Positions 42,331-57,672 are shown, numbered from the stretch's first letter. The stretch: 64,000 bases of DNA from the human T2T-CHM13v2.0 reference genome, Homo sapiens (GCF_009914755.1 NC_060930.1); one strand, 5' to 3'. The notes: generated by a model from the letters alone, not told the origin. Numbers and translations are program-made.

Positions 42331-45300
42331 GACAATTTGATCAAGATTTTGTGACAATAAAAATGACAGATTTTACTACAGGAGGTATTTTTAAAAGGAA
42401 GCCTCAAAAGAACACTTTTATCTTTGTACTCAAATAACTTCTTTTTGATAATTGCAGCATCAAATTAAGTGAATCACTAATTTGACTGTCCTGTTTTGAA
42501 GGAAACCTTATTGTTGTCTTCGGTTACTCCAGATATTTCTCTTATCACGTGATCTTACTATTCACTGTTTTAAAATCATTATTCTTATGAATTTCAGTAT
42601 GGAAGGTTTTTATAATTGTAGAATTTCAGCATCTCCCCACACCACCCTCATTTCCTCTTAATGTGAGCCAACATCTTCAGCCTTTTCTGCTGTTATAGAA
42701 TTTCTTTTACAGAAAATACAACTGGCTCACCTGCCTTATTGACATAGAATTTGATTCTAATTTTCAGCAAATTTGCAAGACAGAATTTTATATAAAACAT
42801 TATGTTCTACCTCATTACTTTTCCTTTCCACAGTGCATTCATCATATATATACATGAAAGAACTTATTTCCACTCAATAATTTTTGCAAAACATTCAGTG
42901 CAAAGAATAACATAAAGTATATTTCAACCAAATATGGGCATCAGAATGAGATAAATATTGCTAAGGATTTATTCAGCTCCCCCACTAAAACATTCACACA
43001 TTCCTATGCTTTCACAAACTAGAATACTATTTCTAAGACCACTAAGTTCTGTAAGGTTCTCAATGTCACACTTTTCCAAATTTTCCTATGCATTTGTGTC
43101 TAGCTTCCATTCTTGAATCCTTGCTTTTGGGGGCCTAGCTAGACCCTGCCTGAACTCTACATATACCCAATATACAGGTATAAGATACCAAGATTACATT
43201 TATGAAAAGGCCTGAATTCTTCCAGAATCATGCCCACTCTAATTTTGGGGGCAGTAATTAAAATTTGTTGAGTCATAATATCAGTTCATGGAAACCCATC
43301 TAATCCAAGAATGCTCCAAGTTTTATCTGAGCTTCTACATACTAAACATAATGATGTTGCTGACCTTCCCATCATAAAAGGGAAAATGTAAACTAAGAAT
43401 GAGGTTTGGGTATCCTACTTTAATTTATACTGCAAATCAGCCTTGCTTCAGAACATGTTAAATTTTTACTTAGTCTCTCAAATATTTAATACTTGGTGTT
43501 TCCTAAAGTACTATTAAAACTGTCTTTCTCAATGCTCAGTTCCCTCTTATATACAAAGTTCTTCCTGAGAGCTAAGCCTGACTGATCCAACCCCCAAGGC
43601 TAGTCACTAAAATATTACTGTAGCCAAGCCTATTTCATTCTGATATAAGGAGAGGTAATTGATTAGATGGTCAGAAATTAATACACAAAATTATAGTTAT
43701 ATTGTTTCAAGAGATCTTTCACTACTAATCAAGTAAGTGGTCCTCTGGGAAATTAGAGTAAGTGGGGAGTGTTGAGTTTGGCAAGAATCATCCTTAAGCA
43801 TTAGTCAAAGAGGAGAAATTAAACTTAAACCAAAATGTAGATTCATAGTATATCTAGGCTTTCTAACAAATTATGTTAATTTTGGAAAGTTTGTTTAACC
43901 TCTCTAAGCCTCCATTTCCACATTAAAAAAATAAAGATAAAGTGTAGCAATTTTATAGGACATTGTAAGCATAGTAAACATTGATACTATTATTATTAAA
44001 CTACAGATTCTTCCCTGTTTCCAGTCCCTTTGATAACTGAGCATTATTTCTTAATTTTTCACTTTAAGGACTACTGAATTTTTTTAGTTTATTTACCTTG
44101 GTTCACTCTGCAAACTAAAGATTTGTCTTTATTTTCTTATTTGTTTAGCCCTCTGTTTTTTTTTCTTTAAATACTATTGCCTTTATTTAAATTATCTATT
44201 GTAAGCATTTATGAGAAAAAAGAAAATCCAACATTATAAACATTTTCCTCTGACTAATCCCGCCCTCACGCTCACTCTTACTTTCAGAGATAAGCACTGT
44301 TATTAGTTTGGGAAGGTTTTAAATGCTATACATTATTTTTTGTGGATTACATCTTAGTCTTTTTCCCTGGTTTACTTGATGCCCCTTCCTTCTCCCTTCA
44401 CAGCTATCAGCCTCTGTGCTCCAGATTGCCCACATGAAGGAGCTAACAAGTGTTCTTTATTCTTCTTCACTCTCGTATAATTCCATGCAGGCGCACAATA
44501 CATACAGTTATATTGAGAGTGTTTTAGTCATTGTTTATATAATTAAGATCATGTTATTTATTCTTTTTTACATCTTCATTTTCTCACTCAGCAACATCAC
44601 AGGCAAATACTTCTGGATTAGGTTAATTACTAGTCAATTTCCTATTGAGAAACTAATTTTTTCTCTACTTTGGCCACCACAAACATTGCTACAATAAAAA
44701 TTATTGTTTCTACGATTTGTGTACCAGTATATTTTATTCCATAGGATAGATTTCCATGAATGCCATTGCTATGTTGATGAACAGAGTATTTTTTTCAAGA
44801 TTAACTGCCCTATTTATTTCTAAAATGTCAGTGACACTTTGAATTTCTAACCATAATTTATGAGAGGTTTTTTCCTTCAGCAACATTCAGGAGTTACTGC
44901 TAGTTACATTGTTTTTTCAATCTGATAAGTGACTCATCATTACTACTTTAATATATTTGTCTGAATATTTGGGAATTTAAAATCTTATATAGATTTGCTA
45001 TTCTGAGTTCACAGTATGTATATGGTCATATTATTTAGCATTTTTTCAATTGTGTTATTTGTGTTTTTCTTGGGCTTTATAAAAACTCTATTTATATTGT
45101 AGATACCAACCTTTTTCATAACCACAAATATATTTTCTCATATCTACTCATCCTTGAAAGCTGAGGAAACTATATATTAGAATGTATAAAAACAAATCCT
45201 GTATAGAAAAACTATAGAAAAATATAAATCTCTTTTTAATCTTGGAAAAAAATCTAGGAAATTACATTGACCCGAAGAGCTTTTCAACTAAGGCTAGAAA

Positions 45301-45469
45301 TTCAAAATCTATGAAAGAAAAGAAGCCTATTTGGATATATAATGAAGAAAACTACTTTATGTAAATCAAGGTAAAAATATTTCTACATCAAATTAACTGG
45401 AAGCCTATTTTATTGCATAGATACTGACCTCAGGATTTCAGAGTAAATGGACAGTTTTCTGTGGCTTGA

Positions 45470-45690
45470 CAGAACTTGATTAGTAAAAAGGAAACGAACA
45501 CTCAGTTTAATGGCACAAAATCCAGACTTTATTTGATAAAGTATTTTAGTCCCTGCTGTCGTTCCCTTTTGTCTCAGAAACAATTGAGGAGACAATCCCC
45601 AGAGAAAGGGTATCAGGGAGCAAATCTAAACTAAAATGAAGTATCACATCACAGAGATCTCCTCCTTCTCTCTTCCCATCAGATACCATG
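45470..45690 (+). promoter_or_regulatory. Candidate OR2B6 promoter block with O/E-like and homeodomain-like sites
   Basis: TCCCCAGAGA at 45596-45605, TAATGG near 45508, 22-bp identity at 45532-45553 with the OR2B2 block. Confidence 0.55.
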
Positions 45691-47002
45691 GTCAATTACC
45701 ATAAACCACATGAGGGTTGTTATCTTCCCCTGTAAGCCAGAGAACACCCGACATTCAAAAATAGTTTCCTATCCCTCTCATTTATTTTGTAAACCTGGTG
45801 AGGAGAATTCTGGAAAGATCAATAAATACCTTCATACTTGGTAATATAATATCAGAAAAACATGTCTGATCATCTGTAATGCTTTGTACCTATTCTCATA
45901 TTTTCTAAATTAATCCTGAATGGATATCTTATAATTTGCCACTTACAGCGTGAAACAAGGGAAAAATGAACAAACTTCACCATATCAGTTTTTACAATTA
46001 ATAGCTTACGAAGAGGTTATTGAATCCACATGCCTCCAGTTCATCCTATTTGAATTTAAAGCTTCTTGGACACACAAATCATCCTATCACTAATGCTTAA
46101 AATAGAGGTATGTAGAACACATTTAAGAAATTTATTATATAAAACCTGCTAAAATTTGGGTGTTTTGAGCACTTATGGACGTTTATGATTATCTCACTCA
46201 GAAAAATTTGACTAAGGCTCCAGTTTCTTAATTCCATTTATTTGTTTTATACTGCTATTTGCAATGTTTTGTTATCTCTACTGGAAATTAAAACTTGAGA
46301 GCAGAGCAGTCTTAGATTTGAACCTTCTGTCTGCCTATGAAAATAATCTAGCCTATGAAAATAATCTCTCTGAACCTCTAAATTCAGATTTCTACCTGAA
46401 TAATTAACCTTTTGTGAAACAGACAAAAAATATTGGCAAACTTTTCATCTATTCTAAGCCAAATTGCACTGTTGTGTGAAAAATTACTCCTAGTATTTAT
46501 CCTTATACTCCAGCAGGAACATGGGGGTTCACTGTAGTATATTTAAAGCTTTTTATACATTCTCAGAGGTATGATAATTATAGAAAACTTAGAAGCAAAC
46601 AATTTTTATGTCGAATGGAAAACAGAAAACTCTGGTGTTACCATAGATTAAACTGCTTCCCAAAGCCATTGAGTAACTTGCCCAGTAGTGAAGTGACTTA
46701 GTAGCAGCATCTAAACTACAGCTGTTGTCATATTTCTTATCTCAATGCTCACTGCATAGTAAACAGCTTAAAATAAAGTTTTCAGGACTTTGTTGAACCT
46801 CGTCATTCAGAATCCTCTGTCAGCCATATACTGAATAACTTCAGTATGTAGCTGATGGATGCAATCCCAACTAATATACAAGCAAACGGGTGGTGATTGT
46901 ATTTATTCAGACAATAAAATTGAAATATCCTGAGTTATGTATAGATAAAAGTTCTAAAGGTCCAAATAACCCTTTTCAACTGTTGCTTTTTACAGTACTC
47001 AA

Positions 47003-47342
<340 letters not shown>

Positions 47343-47582
47343 CAATACTCACTTTTTCTTACCTGCAGTTGTAAGATAGTTGCTATGCAATCTGATCCCT
47401 TTTGTCTCACATTATGAAAATATGTTCCTATGTTGACCAAAGGAAAGCTCGTTAACTCAAAATGAGAATGATATCCTCTGAAGATGCTGTAAACAGAATT
47501 CTATTCAGGACCAGAGAAATAGATTGTGTAGCCTTTTGCGATCTCAGCCATGACTGGGCACCACCATCAGCACAGGTGTAAT

Positions 47583-47591
47583 CAGGTAAAT
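47583..47591 (+). promoter_or_regulatory. Candidate 5'UTR exon splice donor of OR2B6 (CAG|GTAAAT)
   Basis: Paralogous to the OR2B2 donor at 9590-9582. Confidence 0.55.
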
Positions 47592-47690
47592 AATTGGTTA
47601 TGCTATCTGCGAGGATTTCAGAGATACAAGATTCCTACTTGTTTCCATTGTTAACAAGTCCTTCCAATCCAATGATAGTGATAAGAATAA

Positions 47691-48068
<378 letters not shown>

Positions 48069-48518
48069 TAGAGTGGATATGTAAAGAGGTTACTGGATAT
48101 TTGAAAGATGGGGAAATTTTGCCCCAAAAGTTAGCAAAGCAGAATATAAGAATGAGTTGTACTACAGTCTCCCCAGTACTTTTGTTCTCATGCAGGAGAA
48201 ATTTGGGGCAAAATTTCCCTCACTGCTGTGGATCATGGACATTACCTATAACAGAAGTGCATTTAATACTTTTGTAATTGCTGAACCTCAGTGAGAAAGA
48301 GTAGAAGTTAATTGAATTCCTCCCTTCTAGAATTTTCATTAGTCAGGGCTTCTTGGAGAGTTTGTTTTTGGCTGTATTCTAGCAGAGAAATGCCAGATAC
48401 AGGGCTGGTCAGGGAAAGCCACTGGCCCAAGTAAGGAGAAAGCATATGCAGTGTCCTCAGTGATGAGGTATCTCTTGAACAATAATTTGAAAATTATTTT
48501 AGTCTCCAATATTACAGC

Positions 48519-48648
48519 TAGAGAGACCTTATAACTTATCACCCAAACATGAACTCTTTTGAAGACTGAAGGGTTCTATTAGTAATTGTGTCAGAACAGC
48601 AGGAGTAAACTCGCAGTCCTGTGCAAACTGAGATATGCAGTGACCCTA
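48519..48648. mobile_element. MER81/MER94-like hAT-Blackjack MITE
   Basis: Ends tagagagacc...gtgacccta; internal similarity to the consensus as I recall it. Confidence 0.55.
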
Positions 48649-50202
48649 ATTATATAGACTGAGGGTATTTTCCAACACTTGTTAATTCAAGGAAATTGTG
48701 AACTTGTGAAATCTCTTTTTATGGATTCCATTTGTTCTGCTTTTCAGAATTCCTATAATGAGTGGCAACTCTTTTTGATTTTTTTTTGTCAATAAGATGC
48801 CGAATGCCCAATGCCCTTGCATTCCAGTCTTTAGAAAATGTCCATGTAGATTAATGTAGATCCTGTTTTAAAAATTTGTTGAGATAAAAGTCTAAATTCA
48901 TATAAGATTGTTTCAGTTATAAAGTCTAAAGCAATGCTTGTCTTTATAGTAAAACATACAGTATGAATATGTCCTCACTTAAAGTTATTATATAATACAT
49001 AATAATCTTTATTAATAATAAAAAGCATTATATTTGTTAAAAATTAGAAAAAGCAAGGATAAAGTTAAATATCAAAATCTGATTTTTCTCCCTCTTTCCA
49101 TTTCCATTCCCCAGAAGTAACAGCTTTTAACACTTCTGTATACTTCCAGGTAATTTTATACATATATGAATACTGACCAATATGATTATATTCCCTTATG
49201 TAAACACATGGAAGCATGCTAAATACATGTTCAGAAACTTGTTTTTTTCCTTAAGGATTTGAATGTTTTTGTACATGTATATCTATATCTGAATTTATAT
49301 CTATACCACATTCCTAATTTTATTGACAGCTGCATAGCATGTCAATAATATGCAGCTGTCAATAATATGCAGGGACTCATTTGAGAGGCTATAAAAGCTT
49401 TCCCTGCCATTTTATACTGAGAACTGTAGAATAAGTGAGCAAAATTGAAATACATATTGAATAATAGTTTAAAATTTATGATCCTATCCTTAAATTGACA
49501 TTTTTACACTAACAAAATTATAATAAAACAATAGAGGGTGGTGGTAGCAAGATAGATGATTTGGAAATTTTTAACTGGTAGCATTGACTTATATTAGTAC
49601 TTAGCAAATTTAGGGCTCTGAACAGCCTCTGCCCCGAATGTCTCAGAGTTCCTGTGTCATATGATACTTTCATTCACATTGCTGTGTGCCATTATACCAG
49701 GTAATTTACATTAAAGATCACATTTATACTTCACATCAGATAGTTATTATTATCTCTGTTGTTAAAGTTGATGGTATTGGAGTTGTGGAGAGAACAAGAT
49801 AAATATTACCTCACAGAGTCATTTTTTATTGGCAACCCCAGGACATTTAAAGTTCTGAAAATCATACATAATTTTTCTCTGAGCATCAGAAGATGACTAC
49901 AGTTCCTTTTGTCTACACTTTGTACCACTATCCCAGGAAGGTATTATTATACTCATTTTATAGGTGAGGAGCTTGAAGCTCACAAAGAGTAAGAAACATT
50001 CCCAGGAGGATGTAACTAATGACTTATGTAGTAGGGACATGGACCCAGACTTGTCTGCCTCCAAATTCCATGCTACTAATATCTTTTTATTCTAATTTGA
50101 TAAGGTCTTAGAAGGCAAAAGATGTTTCCCTGAGATGTGTCTAATAGCTTGCTACAGCCTATATGCATAGTTTTTGAGGCGGTCTAAATAATTTTAATTG
50201 TT

Positions 50203-50452
50203 TCACATCGTATGTTCCCATTCATAAGTGGGAACTAAGCTATGAGGAATGACACAATGGACTTTGGGGACTGGGGGGAAAGGGAAGGAGGGAGCTGAAG
50301 GATAAAAGACTACACATTGGGTACAGTGTTCACTGCTCAGGTGGTGGGTGCACCAAAATCTCAGAAATCACCACTAGAGAACTTATTCATGTAACCAAAC
50401 ACCTCCTGTTCCCCAAAAACCTATTGAAATAAAAAAAAATTTAAGAAACTAA
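50203..50452 (+). mobile_element. Short L1PB 3'-end insertion
   Basis: gataaaagactacacattgggtacagtg...caccaaaatctcagaaatcaccact...aaacctattgaaataaaaaaaa. Confidence 0.8.
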
Positions 50453-50839
50453 CAAATTGTTTGTTTCAGATGACAAGGCAGTTTCCTTAACATTGAGAAA
50501 TTAGAGTGAAAAAAATGTGTTAGAGATTATGACCGAATCTAATAATAGCTATCTATGTGGACAGTATTACAAAAATTAACCAAATGACAAAAAATCAAAG
50601 AAGAAATTTTGTGAAAGTTGTTTAAAATCAGGAATCTACTTTTTACATTTTAGCTTTCACTTTTGCAGTGATGATACAGATATAGAAAGATTAAATTTTA
50701 GAAATACTTTGGTAATTATGAGCATTTTCAACTGTATATTTTTCATGTAATAAAACAAGCAATATCAATTCTGTAAATATCTTCAAACAGGTAGTAAAAT
50801 GACTATAAGTAACTGAAATAGTTAACAAATATGTGTTAA

Positions 50840-50891
50840 TTGACTTCCTGAATTTTTCTGTTTCAGGAAACCAAGAGTTGAAACATTAATC
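50840..50891 (+). promoter_or_regulatory. Splice acceptor of the OR2B6 coding exon (AG at 50865-50866, 25 nt before ATG)
   Basis: cttcctgaatttttctgtttcag|gaaaccaagagttgaaac. Confidence 0.75.
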
Positions 50892-51833
50892 ATGAATTGG
50901 GTAAATGACAGCATCATACAGGAGTTTATTCTGCTGGGTTTCTCAGATCGACCTTGGCTGGAGTTTCCACTCCTTGTGGTCTTCTTGATTTCTTACACTG
51001 TGACCATCTTTGGCAATCTGACCATTATTCTAGTGTCACGCCTGGACACCAAACTTCATACCCCCATGTATTTTTTTCTTACCAATCTATCACTCCTGGA
51101 TCTTTGTTACACCACATGTACAGTCCCACAAATGCTAGTAAATTTATGCAGCATCAGGAAAGTAATCAGTTATCGTGGCTGTGTAGCCCAGCTTTTCATA
51201 TTTCTGGCCTTGGGGGCTACTGAATATCTTCTCCTGGCCATCATGTCCTTTGATAGGTTTGTAGCTATTTGTCGGCCTCTCCATTACTCAGTTATCATGC
51301 ACCAGAGACTCTGCCTCCAGTTGGCAGCTGCATCCTGGGTTACTGGTTTTAGTAACTCAGTGTGGTTGTCTACCCTGACTCTCCAGCTGCCACTCTGTGA
51401 CCCCTATGTGATAGATCACTTTCTCTGTGAAGTCCCTGCACTGCTCAAGTTATCTTGTGTTGAGACAACAGCAAATGAGGCTGAACTATTCCTTGTCAGT
51501 GAGCTCTTCCATCTAATACCCCTGACACTCATCCTTATATCATATGCTTTTATTGTCCGAGCAGTATTGAGGATACAGTCTGCTGAAGGTCGACAAAAAG
51601 CATTTGGGACATGTGGTTCCCATCTAATTGTGGTGTCTCTTTTTTATAGTACAGCCGTCTCTGTGTACCTGCAACCACCTTCGCCCAGCTCCAAGGACCA
51701 AGGAAAGATGGTTTCTCTCTTCTATGGAATCATTGCACCCATGCTGAATCCCCTTATATATACACTTAGGAACAAGGAGGTAAAGGAAGGCTTTAAAAGG
51801 TTGGTTGCAAGAGTCTTCTTAATCAAGAAATAA
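50892..51833 (+). CDS. OR2B6: Olfactory receptor family 2B, 313 aa
   Basis: Intronless 7TM ORF with [44 protein letters not shown] and NDS sequon; recognised as OR2B6. Confidence 0.95.
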   Translation: MNWVNDSIIQEFILLGFSDRPWLEFPLLVVFLISYTVTIFGNLTIILVSRLDTKLHTPMYFFLTNLSLLDLCYTTCTVPQMLVNLCSIRKVISYRGCVAQLFIFLALGATEYLLLAIMSFDRFVAICRPLHYSVIMHQRLCLQLAAASWVTGFSNSVWLSTLTLQLPLCDPYVIDHFLCEVPALLKLSCVETTANEAELFLVSELFHLIPLTLILISYAFIVRAVLRIQSAEGRQKAFGTCGSHLIVVSLFYSTAVSVYLQPPSPSSKDQGKMVSLFYGIIAPMLNPLIYTLRNKEVKEGFKRLVARVFLIKK

Positions 51834-51947
51834 GAAATATGCAAATGATAAGCTTTGCTAAAGACAAAATGTTTACTTAGCTTACTAACTTCTCTGTAAG
51901 TTGCCCTATTTTTGTTGTTACTGTAGAGAACAATGTAAACTCCCTCA

Positions 51948-51953
51948 AATAAA
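51948..51953 (+). terminator. Candidate polyadenylation signal AATAAA of OR2B6
   Basis: AATAAA about 115 nt after the stop; also present at the equivalent position of the OR2B2 relic (4491-4486). Confidence 0.45.
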
Positions 51954-52146
51954 ATTTCCTTGATGAAGAGCTATATTTACTTCTGTTGCCTTAATGTTTT
52001 CATTGAACAAGCCCCCAGAATTGACCTTCCAATTCACCAAAAATTGTAATCACAACATCTTCAAGGTTTGTCAAACATCCCATCAATGCTTGTACAATTC
52101 AATGTAAATTAGATCCGTAGAAAAGCCAGAAGTTCTTTCTCCAATA

Positions 52147-52147
<1 letters not shown>

Positions 52148-52190
<43 letters not shown>
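52148..52190. repeat. (CA)n microsatellite
   Basis: Direct reading. Confidence 0.95.
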
Positions 52191-52194
<4 letters not shown>

Positions 52195-53469
52195 TAAACG
52201 AGGCTCACTGAAACTCTCAAACCCCACCACTTCAAATTTGGATCTGAGGTTAACAATTCTAATTTTAAATTTTCCACTCCCGCATCAGCATAAGGAAATC
52301 TATAATAATTTTTATTCTAAAATTGTAACCAGATTTTCCATTTTCTTACCATATTTCTGTACTCATGTTTTTCCTACTAAATGAAGGCATTCTTTTTACT
52401 TCCTTTGCAAATCAAACCCTAGATATTTATTAGGTCCAGCTAATTTTCTTTTACATGAATTTTTTTTCATAATTCTCCCAACTATCAATATTATCTACCG
52501 TTCTCTTAAACCCTAAAGCACTTAACAGCTTAGATTCCAAAATAGCACATTATGTAATGATTTCCAAAGAGTTCTTGTTTAGTACTTTTGTCTTGCATAA
52601 TAATAGTCTAATTATATTTTATTCTTGAGGGTACAAAAACTATACCATACATTTTACCACAACACCTTTAGAAGTCATCATAGTGCTGAGGAAGTAGCAT
52701 GCATTTACATTATTAGTTGATTCTTTTGATTGTTGAGTGATTCATTTACATTATAATAATTTAACAACCTTGCTACCCTTCTTTATCCATTGTTTTCTTC
52801 TACTAATGCATTATACATGTAGAAAATACAATAGCTTAAAATATATTTATCATGTTTCTTATGAAAACCTACAGTAACTCCATGTACTTTTGCCATAATA
52901 AAATGTTAACAGAGAAATAAATCTGGTTTGCCAAGTTCTGACTTCAGTTTTCTCTCCTAATAGGGATAATTATCATAAAAAACATACATGGAAGCAAAAT
53001 ACTGATAAAGTATATTTAAAGCTTAAGACAATAATTTTCTCACTGAAAATTAATTCATTGCTAAAGGTCCAAATAAATGACAGATCAGATTACTGGAGAC
53101 AAATGTGTATCTCAAAGCCAATGTCAGTGTAGTTTGGTGAATTATGAGGACATAGAAGAGAAAACAGAATTCCAGAAATTGAAATAGTTAATTTTTAAAT
53201 TGAGAGGTTAATTGATTTAATTAATTTTATAATTGTAGATTTGGTTTTTAACTAGTATTTATATTGGTGTGCTGGTGTATAATTTTATACTGGTAACTTC
53301 TGTAACTAAGCTATTATCAGTTACCTTGAGAATATAAAAAATATATTAATTATTCATATAGAACAAGACATATTAAACTATCTCTCCTTTTTTGCAATTC
53401 TGAGAAATTTATTTTTCTAATACAAACCACTTTTAAGTTTTTAAGTGGTTTGTATTTTAAGGAGAATGT

Positions 53470-54135
53470 ATTTTGGATTTTTTTTATACTTGTAGTAAAA
53501 TATACATAAAATTTGCTAGTTTAACCATTTTTAAGTGTACAGCCAGTGGCATTAAGTGCATTCACATTGAGCGTCAATCTCCAGAATTTTTTCATCTCCT
53601 GAAACTAAAACTCTGTACCCATTAAACAATAACTACCCATATTCCATATTCTGTCCCCACCAGCCTCTGGTAACCACTATTCTATTTTCCATCTATGATT
53701 TTGAATACTCTAGATACCTCATATGAATGAAATCATAGAGTGTTTTTGCTTTGTGGGTTATTTCACTTAGCATAATGTCTTTAAGGTTCATCCATGTTGT
53801 AGCATGTGTCAGAATTTCTTCCCTTTTTAAGACTGAATAATATTCTATTGTATGTATATACCACATTTGGTTTATCTATTCATCAGTTGATAGGTACTTG
53901 AGTTGCTTTCACCTTTTGGCTATGTTGAATAATGCTGCCATGAATATCGGTGTATAAATATCTGTCTGAATTCCTGCTTTCAGTTATTTAGGGTATATAC
54001 CCAAAAGTGGAATTGCTAGATCATACAGTAATTCTACTTTTAATTTTTTGACAAACTGCTATACTGTTTTCTGTAATGGTGGCATCATTTTTCATTCTCA
54101 CCAACTGTCCACAAGGGCTATAATTTCTCCACATA
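53470..54135 (-). mobile_element. L1MA/L1MB 3' end
   Basis: ttaaccatttttaagtgtacagcc...tatttcacttagcataatgtc...ggaattgctagatcata. Confidence 0.75.
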
Positions 54136-54387
54136 GCTCATTTTAATAAAGTTAATTTTTATAAAGTGTTTTGTGATATCTATTTTATGACATAGAGAAT
54201 AATCAGAAAATAGTAGAATTCTATTTGTTCATATCTATTTCTATATGCTCACTCAAAAGTTGATTAATGGAAATTACTCAAGAAGAGAGGTTTTATTGTA
54301 TTAGGACATAAATATTCAAATATGAGAGCAATCGGGTCCAACCACCAATGGTAAACTAAATCTAGGGAATAAAACAACATCATATTT

Positions 54388-54482
54388 TGGAGGCTGAGGC
54401 AGGAGAATCACTGGAGCCCAAGAGTCAAGGCCAGCCTGGGTAATATAACAAGACCCATCTCTAAAAAAATAAAAAATAAAAT
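54388..54482 (+). mobile_element. Truncated Alu monomer (FLAM/AluJ-like)
   Basis: ggaggctgaggcaggagaatcactggagccc...agacccatctctaaaaaaa. Confidence 0.7.
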
Positions 54483-54795
54483 TGAACATCAATGCAAAAG
54501 CTTTTACTACATGTTATATTCTATGTAATAGTAGAAATTATAAGATTGGCAGTGACTCTTATAAAGATAGAAATAAGGACATATATTCATGGTACCACAT
54601 GTAGATTATTGAATTCAGTTCAATTCATAATAATCCTTATAACAGATATACCTATCCTAATAGGGAGTTTTTATGGTAAATTGCATCCATGATAACCATT
54701 TCCATTGAGGTCCAGAGAAACAAAATGTGAAAAAGAAATGACAGATAAATTGAAAAATTTGGGAAAATGTCACATAGAAAAGGAGTTAGACTTTA

Positions 54796-55270
<475 letters not shown>

Positions 55271-56134
55271 TCAAGTATATCACTTTGTGGAAATATTTCA
55301 TATGGTATTCAAATACTGGAAGGATGGTTGGATTACATAACTGATAAGATGATTTCTAACCCAGAGATTCTGTGAGTATGTGAGTATAAATAAAGAAGGA
55401 ATTTAACTTAGGAACAAAATAACTGTCTAGAGCCAAAAGTTCTGATGTTTTGGAATGTTTAGTTAAAGATTAGGATGAATAGCTATCTGTAGACATTCAT
55501 AGGCTGAAGCCATGTAGCCTATTATCCTCTGATTAAGCAGCATAACATTAACTTGCTTTTTATTGTTGTATGACTTTTAGTAAATTTATACAGTTGTTCA
55601 CCAGTTGTACTTTATGATTGTTTCCAGTTCGGATTATTTTGAGTAATGTTTATATGAAAATGCATAGACAATGTTTTATATAGATACATTTTCATTTTTC
55701 ATGAGCAAACATCTAGGAGTAGAAATGCTAGGTTGTATGGCAAATCCATGTATATACATTTTTAACAAAATACTAAGCTGTTTTCTAAAGGATTATACCA
55801 TTTTATATTTTCTCCAGCAACACATGAGGGTTTTAATTTCTCCCCATCCTAACTGACACATGTTTTCAGCCTTTTGGATTATAGCCATTCTAGAGTATAT
55901 GTAACAATATCTCATTATGTATTTAATTAGCATTGTCTAAGTGGCCAACGATGTTGAGCCTATTTTCATGCACTTATTAGCCATTTATATAGCTCCTTTT
56001 ATAAAATATACATTAAAATATTTTGCCCATTTATCAAATGAATTGTCTTATTATTATCAAGAGTTTTCTGTATATTGTAGACACAGTCTTTTATCAGATA
56101 CATATTTAGCAATTATTTTCTCCTAATCTGTAGC

Positions 56135-56240
56135 TTTTTTGTTTCTTTTTTATTTTTGACAGAGTCTCACTCTGTTGCCCAGGCTGGAATGCAGTGGTGC
56201 AATCTGGGCTCACTGCAACCTCTGGAGGCTGAGTTCAAGC
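56135..56240 (-). mobile_element. Truncated Alu right-arm fragment
   Basis: ttttgacagagtctcactctgttgcccaggctgg...ttcaagc. Confidence 0.75.
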
Positions 56241-56409
56241 TTATTTCATTTTTAACACCTTCATTGAGATATAATTTGCATACCATAAAACTTTCTCATT
56301 TAGAAGTACTGTTCAGGCCCTGCCAGGTTCAAGCTTGTTTCATTTTTAACACATTTATTGGGATATAATTTACATACCATAAAACTTACTCATTCAAAAG
56401 TACAGTTCA

Positions 56410-56577
56410 GGCCAGGTGGGGTGGCTCATGCCCGTAATCCCAGCACTTTGAGAGGCCGAGATGGGAGGATCACTTGAGTCCAGGAAGGTGGAAGCTGCAG
56501 TGAGCCCTGATTGCACCACTGCACTCCAATCTGGGTGACAGAGCAAGACCCTCTCTCAACAGAAAATAAATAAAATA
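56410..56577 (+). mobile_element. Alu monomer (FRAM-like)
   Basis: Single arm with tail; TSD a(a/g)aagtacagttca. Confidence 0.8.
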
Positions 56578-57039
56578 AGAAGTACAGTTCAGTGGTTTTC
56601 AAGTACAGTCACAGAATTCTGTAATCATCATCACAGTTGAATTTTAGAAATTATAATTATCCCCCAAAGAAACCTTGTGTACTTTCGCAGTCACTTTCCA
56701 TTTCACCTGCTCTTCACTTCCAACCCAAGCCATTGGCAACCATTAATCTACTTTTCATATGGATACATTAGCCTATTCTAGACATTTCATATACATGGAG
56801 TCATATAATATACAGCCTTTTGTGACTGGCTCCTTTCACTTAACTAATGTTTTCAAGGCCCATTCATGTTGTAACATGTTTCAGTACTTCCTTCTTTTTT
56901 ATTGCCAAATAATATTCCATTGCATGGATATACTTAATTTCGTTTATCCATTCATCAGTTGATGAAAATTTCAGTTGTTTCCACTTTTTGGTCTTTATGA
57001 GTAATGTCACTATGAATATTTAAGTGTAAGTTTGTGTAG

Positions 57040-57672
<633 letters not shown>

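Noticed and set aside
46333-46367. 18-bp tandem duplication gcctatgaaaataatct
   Set aside because: Ordinary slippage duplication with no sign of function.
51240-51242. OR2B6 codon 117 is Ile, where I recall Val in the reference protein
   Set aside because: Conservative change, probably a common allele; I cannot verify it without a database.
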